Shown here piece by piece: positions 31,391 through 39,757 of a stretch of 64,000 nt of DNA (position 1 is the first letter of the stretch; each line of letters starts with the position of its first letter). Location of the stretch: NCBI GenBank assembly GCA_019120355.1, contig DWVG01000036.1:2024-66023 (forward strand), written 5' to 3'. Source of the stretch: Candidatus Ligilactobacillus faecavium (lineage in GTDB: Bacteria > Bacillota > Bacilli > Lactobacillales > Lactobacillaceae). Both the position numbers and the translations under genes were made by a program. The notes beneath the pieces are model-generated. The model was given only the letters and a program-made list of their open reading frames with translations. It did not search any database and was not told the DNA's origin.

Positions 31391-31880
31391 TTTCTTCATC
31401 TCCTTCATTATCCGGTTTCATATCATCATTGAATATGATCTGCGTTATTCCAGCATTATTTTCATCATTCAACATTTTAGCTTTGGCTTTAGCAACCTCG
31501 GTATCAGCTTTAATTTTTTCAGCTCGTTGCTTTGCCAAATCACGTTCTTCAACTGATAATTGACTGTCGTTATACTTATCGCGCCAGTTATTTTTCAACC
31601 AAAATATCATAGCGGTTGTATTCCCAGCACGTGCTTTCTCAAAGAGCTTATTTTCGATAACAAAATTAGCTTGCTGTTTACCGATTTTTAATGCGTTGCA
31701 AATGGGGCAACTATCGCCTCTTTCACGTTCTCTTTTCTGCCAACGCCTTAATGTTGAACGATTGATACCGATATTATGGGCAATCTGTTCATCAGTTAAT
31801 CCGTCCCGTTTCCAACCTTGAATCAGAATTAAATTCTCGGGTTTTATCCACTCTTCATATCTGACACGTGCCACATACAA
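31374..31880 (-). CDS. terS: Terminase small subunit
   Basis: GLTDEQIA..IGI…TL..W HTH and TAMIFWLKN motif. Confidence 0.85.
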   Translation of the reverse strand: MYVARVRYEEWIKPENLILIQGWKRDGLTDEQIAHNIGINRSTLRRWQKRERERGDSCPICNALKIGKQQANFVIENKLFEKARAGNTTAMIFWLKNNWRDKYNDSQLSVEERDLAKQRAEKIKADTEVAKAKAKMLNDENNAGITQIIFNDDMKPDNEGDEENGAET

Positions 31881-31891
31881 TCACCACCTTT

Positions 31892-32758
31892 CTATTTCTT
31901 ATATCTTTCGCTAATGATCTTCGGTGTTAAATATTTCCAATTTACTTTATGATGAATTCGCATATTAACATCTCCCATTTTCATTAATGAAACTACGCTA
32001 GGATTCATCATTACTGAATAAAACGATTTTAAATATGTTCCATAATCAAGATATAAATTTGTCATTCCGTTATTATTCTGTTGAGTTGGTTCTTGTTCAA
32101 GTGAAGATAACATTGACGTAAAAACTAATTTTCCAATGCTTCCGTAATAAACATACATGTTCGTATCTTCGTTAATTCTGCCAAAGAATTTAAATGGACG
32201 ATCTGTTTTACAAAAGAACGCATTCATTGCTTTTCTTGTCAGTTCTTTTTGATAATTACTACCATGCAATCCACCAATGAAATCTCCATTTTGACTTAAT
32301 GCAACGGTTAACGCTCCTGAATCATCAAGAAACTGTAAAAAGATTTCAAAAATAGAATCTAATTGATTTGTTATCGTCTGTTTTAATTCGTCATCTTTTC
32401 CCCAACGCCAACTAAATTCACGGTAATCATCATCGAGTTCAAGAAAATAATCTAAATTCAATTCTTTGGCAATCTTAAAGCATGAATTTCGAGCATAAAT
32501 AACGCCACGATAATTAGGCAAATTATCCATTGCGTCAACGTCTTTGGCCGCTTCTTTTCGATTAAACGTAACAAGAATATTTGAATAACGTTTCCGATAC
32601 TCATCTATTTGCGGATCATCATCTGAAACAACAAGATAAATCTTTCCAGTATAACCACATCTTCTAAGTGTTTTAATCGTGATTACACTATCCGCACGAC
32701 CGTAAGACAGAATAAGAACGGCAAAATTCTTGCGCAACTTATTCGTCAATTTCTTCAC
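31892..32758 (-). CDS. GREB1/TAGT-like GT-A fold glycosyltransferase
   Basis: ILSYGRA, ARN, LDDDY (DxD), GRINED, H.I.W..L.PKII motifs. Confidence 0.65.
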   Translation of the reverse strand: MKKLTNKLRKNFAVLILSYGRADSVITIKTLRRCGYTGKIYLVVSDDDPQIDEYRKRYSNILVTFNRKEAAKDVDAMDNLPNYRGVIYARNSCFKIAKELNLDYFLELDDDYREFSWRWGKDDELKQTITNQLDSIFEIFLQFLDDSGALTVALSQNGDFIGGLHGSNYQKELTRKAMNAFFCKTDRPFKFFGRINEDTNMYVYYGSIGKLVFTSMLSSLEQEPTQQNNNGMTNLYLDYGTYLKSFYSVMMNPSVVSLMKMGDVNMRIHHKVNWKYLTPKIISERYKK

Positions 32759-33506
32759 TCCTTACCGCTTCTATATCATCTTTGAATTTGATATATCCTT
32801 TATTTATTGCGTCATCATAATCAAGAATTACTAATGCGCTATCTTCAAAAAGATCTTGAACTTCCTTTGAAGCGTGAGCATAATATTCAGCAATCTTTAC
32901 ATAATTAAATTTAAGATGTCGCATTGCTCCGGCTTTCAAAAATCTTTTCACGTCATCTGGAACGTTACTTTCTTCAATCTTATTAATCAATTCTTGTGTT
33001 TTAGTTCCGTCAACTAATTCAGAAATATCAGGCTCTTCGCCTTGAATTTCATATTGTGGAACTTCTTTTTTATCTGTATATGGGTTTGACGATTCTGATG
33101 AATTATCTTCATCCAGTTCAATTTCATCTTCGATATTCTCAAATCCAAAATCAGTCATATCAATATCTGATAATTGCTCAATGTCGCTTAATTCAACATC
33201 AAGTAAATCTTCATCCCATTCGGTTAATTCATTCGTTTTATTATCGGCAAGTCGATATGCTTTTACTTGCTCTGGTGTTAGATCATTCGCAACAATAACC
33301 GGAACTTTCTTCAGTTTTAATTGTTTACTTGCTAAGTAGCGTGTATGACCAACAATAATCACGTTATCTTTATCAACTACGATTGGCTGTTTCCAACCAA
33401 ATTCTTTGATACTATTTGCGACTGCATTCACACCGTTATCATTAATTCGTGGGTTATTTTCATATGGTTTGATTTCATCAATACTCATCTCTTGAACTTT
33501 CATCAT
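32739..33506 (-). CDS. ParB N-terminal domain protein fused to an uncharacterised helical domain
   Basis: PYENNPR…SIKEFGW.QPIVVD…GHTR…ADNK…WD; C-terminal RH..FNY..IAEYYAHA…SALVI. Confidence 0.8.
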   Translation of the reverse strand: MMKVQEMSIDEIKPYENNPRINDNGVNAVANSIKEFGWKQPIVVDKDNVIIVGHTRYLASKQLKLKKVPVIVANDLTPEQVKAYRLADNKTNELTEWDEDLLDVELSDIEQLSDIDMTDFGFENIEDEIELDEDNSSESSNPYTDKKEVPQYEIQGEEPDISELVDGTKTQELINKIEESNVPDDVKRFLKAGAMRHLKFNYVKIAEYYAHASKEVQDLFEDSALVILDYDDAINKGYIKFKDDIEAVRSEEIDE

Positions 33507-33507
33507 T

Positions 33508-33693
33508 TCATCCCCTTTTGTGTAAACAAATAGGCGGTACATCTTCCGTGTATCGCCTACGTTTTTTATTATGTTTTTGAATTTTAATTTCTTTTTCTAA
33601 CCGACAAAGTATCAAATACTCTTCGTTCGTCCTTACTTTGCCAAAGCGTTTGGTGTTTTTCATAACCATGACCTCATCTTTCGACAATATCAT
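33508..33693 (-). CDS. Small basic hypothetical protein
   Basis: First ORF of the late operon. Confidence 0.5.
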   Translation of the reverse strand: MILSKDEVMVMKNTKRFGKVRTNEEYLILCRLEKEIKIQKHNKKRRRYTEDVPPICLHKRG

Positions 33694-33836
33694 AGTAACG
33701 CCTTAGATGTTTTGATGAAGTTTACTAATAGTTTTGATTTTGTTTAAAATAAAATTAGAACAGTTTATTTTAAGACAATACTTCCTTTTTATATAATCAT
33801 TCTTTTGTTAAAATAAGATAATTATATAAAAGGGAG

Positions 33837-34940
33837 ATGTTTGACATTTTGATTATTTTAATCATTTTAGCCATTTTAATTATTTTTTTACCTCTTGGGA
33901 TCTTTTTAAAAAATGAATGCCGATTTTTACATGGATCCTCAAAGAGAGATTTAAAAAATAGGAAACATTACATTGCATTTTTTATTTTTATTTATTGTAT
34001 TAATTATTTTTCAATAATTCTAGTTGCCTTTTTTTCTTTGAATTTTAATAAATCTGGCGGTTATATCCTTCAGAATTTGTTGATTTCTCTTTCAATATAT
34101 TTTGTAATATTATCTTTACTGAATCTTTTTCGATTTAAAAATAGAATAGATGGTGATGTAAATCATCATTTATTTCCTGCTTTAACGTACTTTTCTTCAA
34201 AGTTATCAGAAATTATTTCTTTACTTGTTGGAGTAACCACACTTTTAGCCAACACTTTATCTATTAAAATTGATAATACTGTAATTAATGGAATTTATAC
34301 CTTTGCACTTGTACCATTTTTCCCAATGGCCTTTTCACTTGATATAATCAACTCTTTTAAAATTGAAGATGATATTGAAAAAAGATTATATATTGCTAGT
34401 ATGTTAATTCCAATAATTTTACTAAGCATTCCAATTTTGATTTTAAAATTCAATATTTTAAATCACTTACCTCATAACCCAATATTAATTATTTTATTTT
34501 TAATCTATTTTGGAATTATGAGTTCGCATTATTCTTCTAAAAAGGATTCCACATTTGTAATTCTTTCGTTATTCCTATTCAATTTTTTTGCAATACTTTA
34601 TCCTGCTTTTGGTTCACCAACTATAAATAGGCTACAATTAAGTAAAAGTTTTATTATTCAACTAGGAATAATGCTACTTATTTCGCTGCTGCTAAATGTT
34701 TTTTCTATTAAAAAGTTGAGTTTAAAAAAAGAGACGATTGATCGCATAGCTTGTTATTTAAAAAATACTATTAAATTTTTAGTTTTTCTTCCTACATTCA
34801 CCTTATTAGTAAATGAAGTTTACAATCATGTAACTATTTCCAAAAACTATAAACTAATAATAGCTTATTGTATAACGATAGTTCCTGCATATCTTATATA
34901 TGTGACTTTTGATTATTTAAAAACAAAAAATAAGAGCTGA
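33837..34940 (+). CDS. AT-rich multi-pass membrane moron
   Basis: 367 aa, about 10 hydrophobic segments, opposite strand, GGGAG RBS. Confidence 0.7.
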   Translation: MFDILIILIILAILIIFLPLGIFLKNECRFLHGSSKRDLKNRKHYIAFFIFIYCINYFSIILVAFFSLNFNKSGGYILQNLLISLSIYFVILSLLNLFRFKNRIDGDVNHHLFPALTYFSSKLSEIISLLVGVTTLLANTLSIKIDNTVINGIYTFALVPFFPMAFSLDIINSFKIEDDIEKRLYIASMLIPIILLSIPILILKFNILNHLPHNPILIILFLIYFGIMSSHYSSKKDSTFVILSLFLFNFFAILYPAFGSPTINRLQLSKSFIIQLGIMLLISLLLNVFSIKKLSLKKETIDRIACYLKNTIKFLVFLPTFTLLVNEVYNHVTISKNYKLIIAYCITIVPAYLIYVTFDYLKTKNKS

Positions 34941-34958
34941 TACTAAGTCAGCTCTTTA
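34931..34958. terminator. Bidirectional hairpin between the convergent moron and ArpU genes
   Basis: AAGAGCTGA-tactaag-TCAGCTCTT flanked by A/T-rich sequence. Confidence 0.55.
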
Positions 34959-35398
34959 TTATATACATGTAAATCCCTACACCCTTTTTGTAATTCAAAA
35001 CAATCAGCAAATTCGTTATAAGCCTTACTTCTTAATTTAAAATACGTTGCATGTGAACAATACATTAATTCTTCGACTTGCCAATCTTGCAAACCGTCAA
35101 TGTACTTGCCTTTTAAAATTTGAAATGACGTTTTAGAACAACTTTGAAAAGCCCGTGCTACACCATTAATTAAATTCTTCGCAGCAATATATTTAACAAT
35201 CTTATCTTCATTATGGTTTTCACCGTTGCTATAGCTTACCGGCATATCCGAGATAACTGGTGATTTCAAACTTGCTGGACTTTCATTTGCTAATCTCAAA
35301 ATATGCGGTAATTTGTGATCTAAAAAGTCTTGAACATTCAAAGCGGTTTTCTTATAGTCAATGTTATCAATATCCAGTAATAAATCCACCAACGCCAC
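34943..35398 (-). CDS. ArpU-family late transcriptional regulator
   Basis: LKSP.ISDMP…IL..KY…Y…A..EFAD. Confidence 0.85.
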   Translation of the reverse strand: MALVDLLLDIDNIDYKKTALNVQDFLDHKLPHILRLANESPASLKSPVISDMPVSYSNGENHNEDKIVKYIAAKNLINGVARAFQSCSKTSFQILKGKYIDGLQDWQVEELMYCSHATYFKLRSKAYNEFADCFELQKGCRDLHVYNKELT

Positions 35399-35534
35399 TT
35401 CCTTTAATCTGTTATAATAGAAATTGCTTTGATATTTATTATTTTAGAAATGACGCTGTTAAGGCGTTATTTTTTTATGCAAACAATCGCAATAAAGATA
35501 ATGAATTCAATTATCAGCGTTGTTACTAATTCCA

Positions 35535-35786
35535 TTACTTCATGCTTTCTAGCGAATGTTCTAACAAAATCGTTCTGTTTTCTAACGCCTGCTTATACTG
35601 TTTCATTCCTGATAACTGATGACCGCATTCGTCAATGTATTGCTTTTCTTCTTCCGATAGATTCTTTTCAAGTTGTTTTGTCCTGATAAAAACATCCAAT
35701 TTGAAAATGTCATCGTTTAAACGACTAACTTCATTAAAAATCTGCTTAATCAAATTCTTGGTATCTTGTTTGTTATTCTTGAACAT
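35535..35786 (-). CDS. Hypothetical phage protein
   Basis: ORF with RBS in the early operon; Q…MKQY…L..R motif. Confidence 0.6.
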   Translation of the reverse strand: MFKNNKQDTKNLIKQIFNEVSRLNDDIFKLDVFIRTKQLEKNLSEEEKQYIDECGHQLSGMKQYKQALENRTILLEHSLESMK

Positions 35787-35801
35787 TTTTAATTCTTCCT
35801 T

Positions 35802-35999
35802 TCACTTATGACTTCCTGTCCACCAATCAATGTATGCCCATGTTTCACGGTCAATTATGCATTTCTTACCGTCTAAATAAATCTCATATTCATCTGCTTG
35901 AACATTTTTAAAAGAAATATCTTTGATTGTGCTGTCAATATGCTCTACATGATTATCTCTTGTAATGAAATAGAGTGTTGGTTCACTCAAACTTCTCAC
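35802..35999 (-). CDS. Hypothetical phage protein
   Basis: AAGGAG RBS, GTG start. Confidence 0.55.
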   Translation of the reverse strand: MRSLSEPTLYFITRDNHVEHIDSTIKDISFKNVQADEYEIYLDGKKCIIDRETWAYIDWWTGSHK

Positions 36000-36053
36000 G
36001 CTCCTTTGTCAGATTGTCGTTACTAATTTCGCTTATATTGTTTCGACCTTTTG

Positions 36054-36248
36054 CTATCTCATTAATTTCAAAAATACGGTGCTTAGAAAAGCAATCATTG
36101 CAAATACTAAAATCGTCATTAAAGTTGCATTTCCTGAACTAAAATTAAAAGCTCTGAACGTAACATAAACAACATCAGTTACAAATAAAATAATTACTGT
36201 TGCGATGATCGCCAAAATAATTGCTAATAATCCCTGAATAATGATCAT
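36054..36248 (-). CDS. Small 2-TM hypothetical protein
   Basis: GAGG RBS; overlaps the upstream stop. Confidence 0.55.
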   Translation of the reverse strand: MIIIQGLLAIILAIIATVIILFVTDVVYVTFRAFNFSSGNATLMTILVFAMIAFLSTVFLKLMR

Positions 36249-36532
36249 TCTGTAACCTCATTTTTCTTGACGGTAATTGTTCCAACTTGTTCGTTATAGT
36301 AAGTATTTGGTGCAATCTCTTTAAATCCGCTAGCTTCAAATCCGTCAACCAATTCCCATTCAATTTCTTTCAAAATTGCTGGCTTTAAAATATTGAATAT
36401 CATCATGATTTTATTAAACGGAATTTTGTTGTATTCCTTAGCTACATCATCTTCATTAAGCAATTCACCTAAAATCTCTTTCATGTATTCTTTTACGAAT
36501 TTATCCCGTGGCTTAAATTTGATAATTTTCAT
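36245..36532 (-). CDS. Hypothetical phage protein
   Basis: AGGAG RBS. Confidence 0.6.
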   Translation of the reverse strand: MKIIKFKPRDKFVKEYMKEILGELLNEDDVAKEYNKIPFNKIMMIFNILKPAILKEIEWELVDGFEASGFKEIAPNTYYNEQVGTITVKKNEVTE

Positions 36533-36534
36533 GA

Positions 36535-36804
36535 TTAGTTCTCCTTTCCCATTGCTTTTAGAATGTCAGCAATCTTTCTATTTTCAGCGATTTCATCAGG
36601 TGTATCTTCTTCTAACACTTCTTTTAACTCATTCTCAATCATTGCTGTGCCAACTGATAAGACCTGTTCTGAATTATAATTTCGACCAGACACTTGCATT
36701 TCTTCGCCATTTGAAATCACAACGATTGCTGTTCCGTAGCGGTCATTAAAATAATCTGCAATCATATTGATTAATGCACTGTCTTTATCGCTAATTTCTG
36801 CCAT
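36535..36804 (-). CDS. Hypothetical phage protein
   Basis: GGAGTG RBS before ATG 36804 (start refined). Confidence 0.6.
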   Translation of the reverse strand: MAEISDKDSALINMIADYFNDRYGTAIVVISNGEEMQVSGRNYNSEQVLSVGTAMIENELKEVLEEDTPDEIAENRKIADILKAMGKEN

Positions 36805-36846
36805 TTTAAAATCACTCCATAAATTTGATTTTTTATCCGGATAAAC

Positions 36847-36887
36847 AGCCACTCACGGAGTCGAACCGTGATCATACCGATGTGGCT
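36847..36887 (-). ncRNA. Miniature tRNA-like module (acceptor-like stem plus T-arm, no anticodon arm)
   Basis: AGCCAC-AUCGGUAUGA-UCACGG-UUCGACU-CCGUGA-GUGGCU. Confidence 0.65.
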
Positions 36888-37972
36888 TTTCGATAGTTGG
36901 GCGATTATTTTGAATCCTGATTTACGTTTGCTCATCTCAAAGAATCACAAAGTTGTAATACCTATGCCCCCAAGTCCGAGGAGCAATGACTTGGCAAGCT
37001 CCGACACTAACCAAGCCTAGAAGTTTATCAATTTTTTATAAAAGAAAATTTGAAAAGCGAATAACGGAAAAATATGAGTATGGTTATTAATTTTACGTTA
37101 TTCATTTTTCAAAGAGCTAATTTAATTTCATGTTATATTTTCGTTTCTAAGAGTTTTTATCTTATTTCAATGTAAATACACCCCATTTCTTTTAAAACGC
37201 CTATACAGTGAAAATATCCACCGCAGAGTTAAAAACAACATGTCAGAAAGTTTGCAAACAGAAGTTGTTTAAAAACAGAAAGAAAGATTCCTACTCTCTA
37301 TATAAATTTGTCCCCACTTGAAACTATTCTGTTTGCAGTGTTTCTCGTGGTATAATCTGCTAGCCTTTGACAACTAGCAGACTCTCGTATCATTTTGAAA
37401 GTTTATTAAATTGTCGCTTGAGTGCTGATTAATATTGAATAAAAGTTGTTTTTTCACTTCACTTTCTTGATTTGATTTCATTTCTTACGGAAAACTTGCA
37501 CTCCTAAACAATCCGTCGGCTTAAAGGTTGATGGCCCAATATCCGTTGTGGAACGCAATAGCAATAAGAATAAGCACTTAAAGGAGATCTCCCATCTCTT
37601 TTCTGTATATTTTTGATTGTGGCTGCATTCCTAACCACGTTGTATTAGACTGGTCTTTATTTATTTTGCGGTGAAACCATAAACCGCAATGGTTTGCCAA
37701 CCTTTGACAGTCAGCAAATCGTGAATAGTTATAGGAATATGAGATACTTTTGAAAGACTTTTTATGGAGATGATTCATCTCCTTTAAAATTATTTGCGAT
37801 TTGGTATCTCAACAAATCGCTAAGCCCAGAAAGCACCTTGAAGCACTTTAGCAAGCCTTTACTTGTCTGGACTCTGTCAGACCTTATCGGGAAGAAAATT
37901 CGTTTACGTGCAATTACATAATACTTAAGTGATTAATGGTCAAAGGTTTGTCGTTCTGACAGTAACGACAAT
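36888..37972 (-). ncRNA. Putative large, pseudoknot-rich ncRNA or ncRNA array
   Basis: ~1.1 kb without a credible ORF; many stems; several loop-to-strand complementarities; repeated UGUCAAAG-loop hairpins. Confidence 0.55.
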
Positions 37973-38015
37973 ATCTAGTGGCAGAGTCGAACTGCCATTT
38001 GATACCGAACTAGAT
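37973..38015 (-). ncRNA. Miniature tRNA-like module (7-bp stem plus 5-bp T-arm)
   Basis: AUCUAGU-UCGGUAUCAAAU-GGCAG-UUCGACU-CUGCC-ACUAGAU. Confidence 0.65.
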
Positions 38016-38206
38016 CAATCTTCAACATATCCTTGTGTTAAGAACAAATTAATGACTTCATTCAATGCCATGCGTGCCTTGCAGGCGTCTTCGTAAGCAT
38101 TGACTGGTGATGTTTTAATATCCTGTTCAAAATCTTTCATGTGTTCATTCACGTTTTGCTGAAACATCATGATTTGTTTCTTGTCTTGCGTTTCCATATT
38201 GCTCAC
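38015..38206 (-). CDS. Hypothetical phage protein
   Basis: 63-aa ORF overlapping the RusA 3' end. Confidence 0.5.
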   Translation of the reverse strand: MSNMETQDKKQIMMFQQNVNEHMKDFEQDIKTSPVNAYEDACKARMALNEVINLFLTQGYVED

Positions 38207-38621
38207 TCCATTCTGTTACTTCGATTTCTAAATGCGGATTTTCTGAATATCTTTTTTCAATAGTTTCTTTAATAATCAACGCGTCATCTTTCCAAAGCAC
38301 ACCATTCAAACCATCTTCAAAAGATTTCAAATAATTAGAAACATCCGGCTTAACACTTGGTGGATGTATCCCACCTAATCTCCGCTGTTTCTCAACCCGA
38401 GAGATACTTTTTTGTAAAGGACGGTAGAATATAACTGATACGATTATCGGCTCTGTAAACGGCTGTAATTCGTTTTCTTGCATATACTGTTTTACGAACT
38501 GTCCTAACTGTCGTTTAAATATTTTCGTTTTCTTTGGATCATACACTTGAATAAATCTTCCACGTTTGGCATATCGTGGACGTTCTTGCTGTTGTGGTGC
38601 AATTGGAACGATTATCTTCAC
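38145..38621 (-). CDS. rusA: RusA-family Holliday junction resolvase
   Basis: QERPR…YDP…KPDVSNYLK..EDGLNG..W.DD. Confidence 0.85.
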   Translation of the reverse strand: MKIIVPIAPQQQERPRYAKRGRFIQVYDPKKTKIFKRQLGQFVKQYMQENELQPFTEPIIVSVIFYRPLQKSISRVEKQRRLGGIHPPSVKPDVSNYLKSFEDGLNGVLWKDDALIIKETIEKRYSENPHLEIEVTEWSEQYGNARQETNHDVSAKRE

Positions 38622-38623
38622 TG

Positions 38624-38866
38624 TTATGCTTCCACCATTTTCCCGTATGCAAATCTGTACATTTCGTTAATCTGATCAATCATCATATCTACTTGTTTTT
38701 CAAAGTGTTCTTGATCATCCTTATTTGCGAACTGGTATTTTGATAATGGAATTGATTTTGAAAGGCTACTTTCAATCAAATCAAACAAACAAGCGAATGC
38801 GTCAGACTGGTTATTTTCTTTCCAATTATCAATCAGACCTTTGTAAGAACTTTTAATATCATCCAT
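38624..38866 (-). CDS. Hypothetical phage protein
   Basis: AGGAGG RBS. Confidence 0.6.
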   Translation of the reverse strand: MDDIKSSYKGLIDNWKENNQSDAFACLFDLIESSLSKSIPLSKYQFANKDDQEHFEKQVDMMIDQINEMYRFAYGKMVEA

Positions 38867-38980
38867 TTTCTTTGTCCTCCTTTAATTTTGGAAATTGTTT
38901 ATCTAAGATGTCGTACAAAATTTTTTTATTTTCTGGTATATTTGCCTAGACTGTAAATTCTTCAATCATACTCGTTCACC

Positions 38981-39754
38981 TCAGTTATGTTGCTGTCGAT
39001 AATCTTCAACATTTTCAAATTTCAAAATGTGTTCTTGATTGCTGGTTAATAAGCGACTAATGATTTTGGGGTTATACATCTCTGTTAATTCTTCCCCGTT
39101 ATTATTCGTCGTTATCATTAACCTTTTTCCTTGCATTAAATCCCCAATACGAAACAACATCTTTTGCACGGTGTTGCTTGATTCTGATGTATCAGCTGTC
39201 ATACTGCTTTCTGTTCCCAAATCATCAAGAACTAATAGATCACATTCTGCAATATCTTTCATTGCTTGGTTATACCTTGCCTGCTGGTCATACTCTTCTT
39301 TGCGATACTGACTAAATGCAAGCTCTGATAGTTCAGTAACTGAAATAAATAAGCACTTTGCTTGTGGCCGCTTGCTTCGTAAATAATTCATTATGCAAAC
39401 TGCTAACATTGTTTTGCCCGCTCCTGCTTGACCACTAAGCACGGTATTAAATCTTTCGCCATTTGCATATTTTTTTGCGATTACCAGTGCTTTTTTAGCA
39501 AGTACGGTAAATTCATCAGATACTGGCTTCACGTCTTTAAAAACGTGATTAAGCACGTTCTTTTCGTTGTAAATACTCCTAACCCTTGTAAAATTCTTTG
39601 CACGCTTAGTTTGATACTCATTTACCAAGCGTTGTTCAACCTGCTCACTGTGTTTTTGTGCTTCTTCAGGAGTTACTTTAGGAATCTCATTGATGTGAAA
39701 TTTATGAATAATATCTGCTAACCTATCCGCAACGGCATTTCCCATAAAACACAC
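38981..39754 (-). CDS. DnaC/IstB-like ATPase (helicase loader)
   Basis: Walker A GQAGAGKT, Walker B LLVLDDLG, ITTN, SRL. Confidence 0.85.
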   Translation of the reverse strand: MCFMGNAVADRLADIIHKFHINEIPKVTPEEAQKHSEQVEQRLVNEYQTKRAKNFTRVRSIYNEKNVLNHVFKDVKPVSDEFTVLAKKALVIAKKYANGERFNTVLSGQAGAGKTMLAVCIMNYLRSKRPQAKCLFISVTELSELAFSQYRKEEYDQQARYNQAMKDIAECDLLVLDDLGTESSMTADTSESSNTVQKMLFRIGDLMQGKRLMITTNNNGEELTEMYNPKIISRLLTSNQEHILKFENVEDYRQQHN

Positions 39755-39757
39755 CTC

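Noticed and set aside
37619-37640. Pistol ribozyme (CGUGGUUAGG resembles a pistol 5' end)
   Set aside because: Downstream pseudoknot partner and conserved core not found in the expected order
37578-37778. 66-aa ORF inside the non-coding block
   Set aside because: ATG abuts the AGGAG with no spacer and lies within a stem; the sequence is better explained by RNA pairing
36847-38015. Canonical tRNA genes
   Set aside because: T-arms are present but there are no D or anticodon arms; modules are only about 41-43 nt
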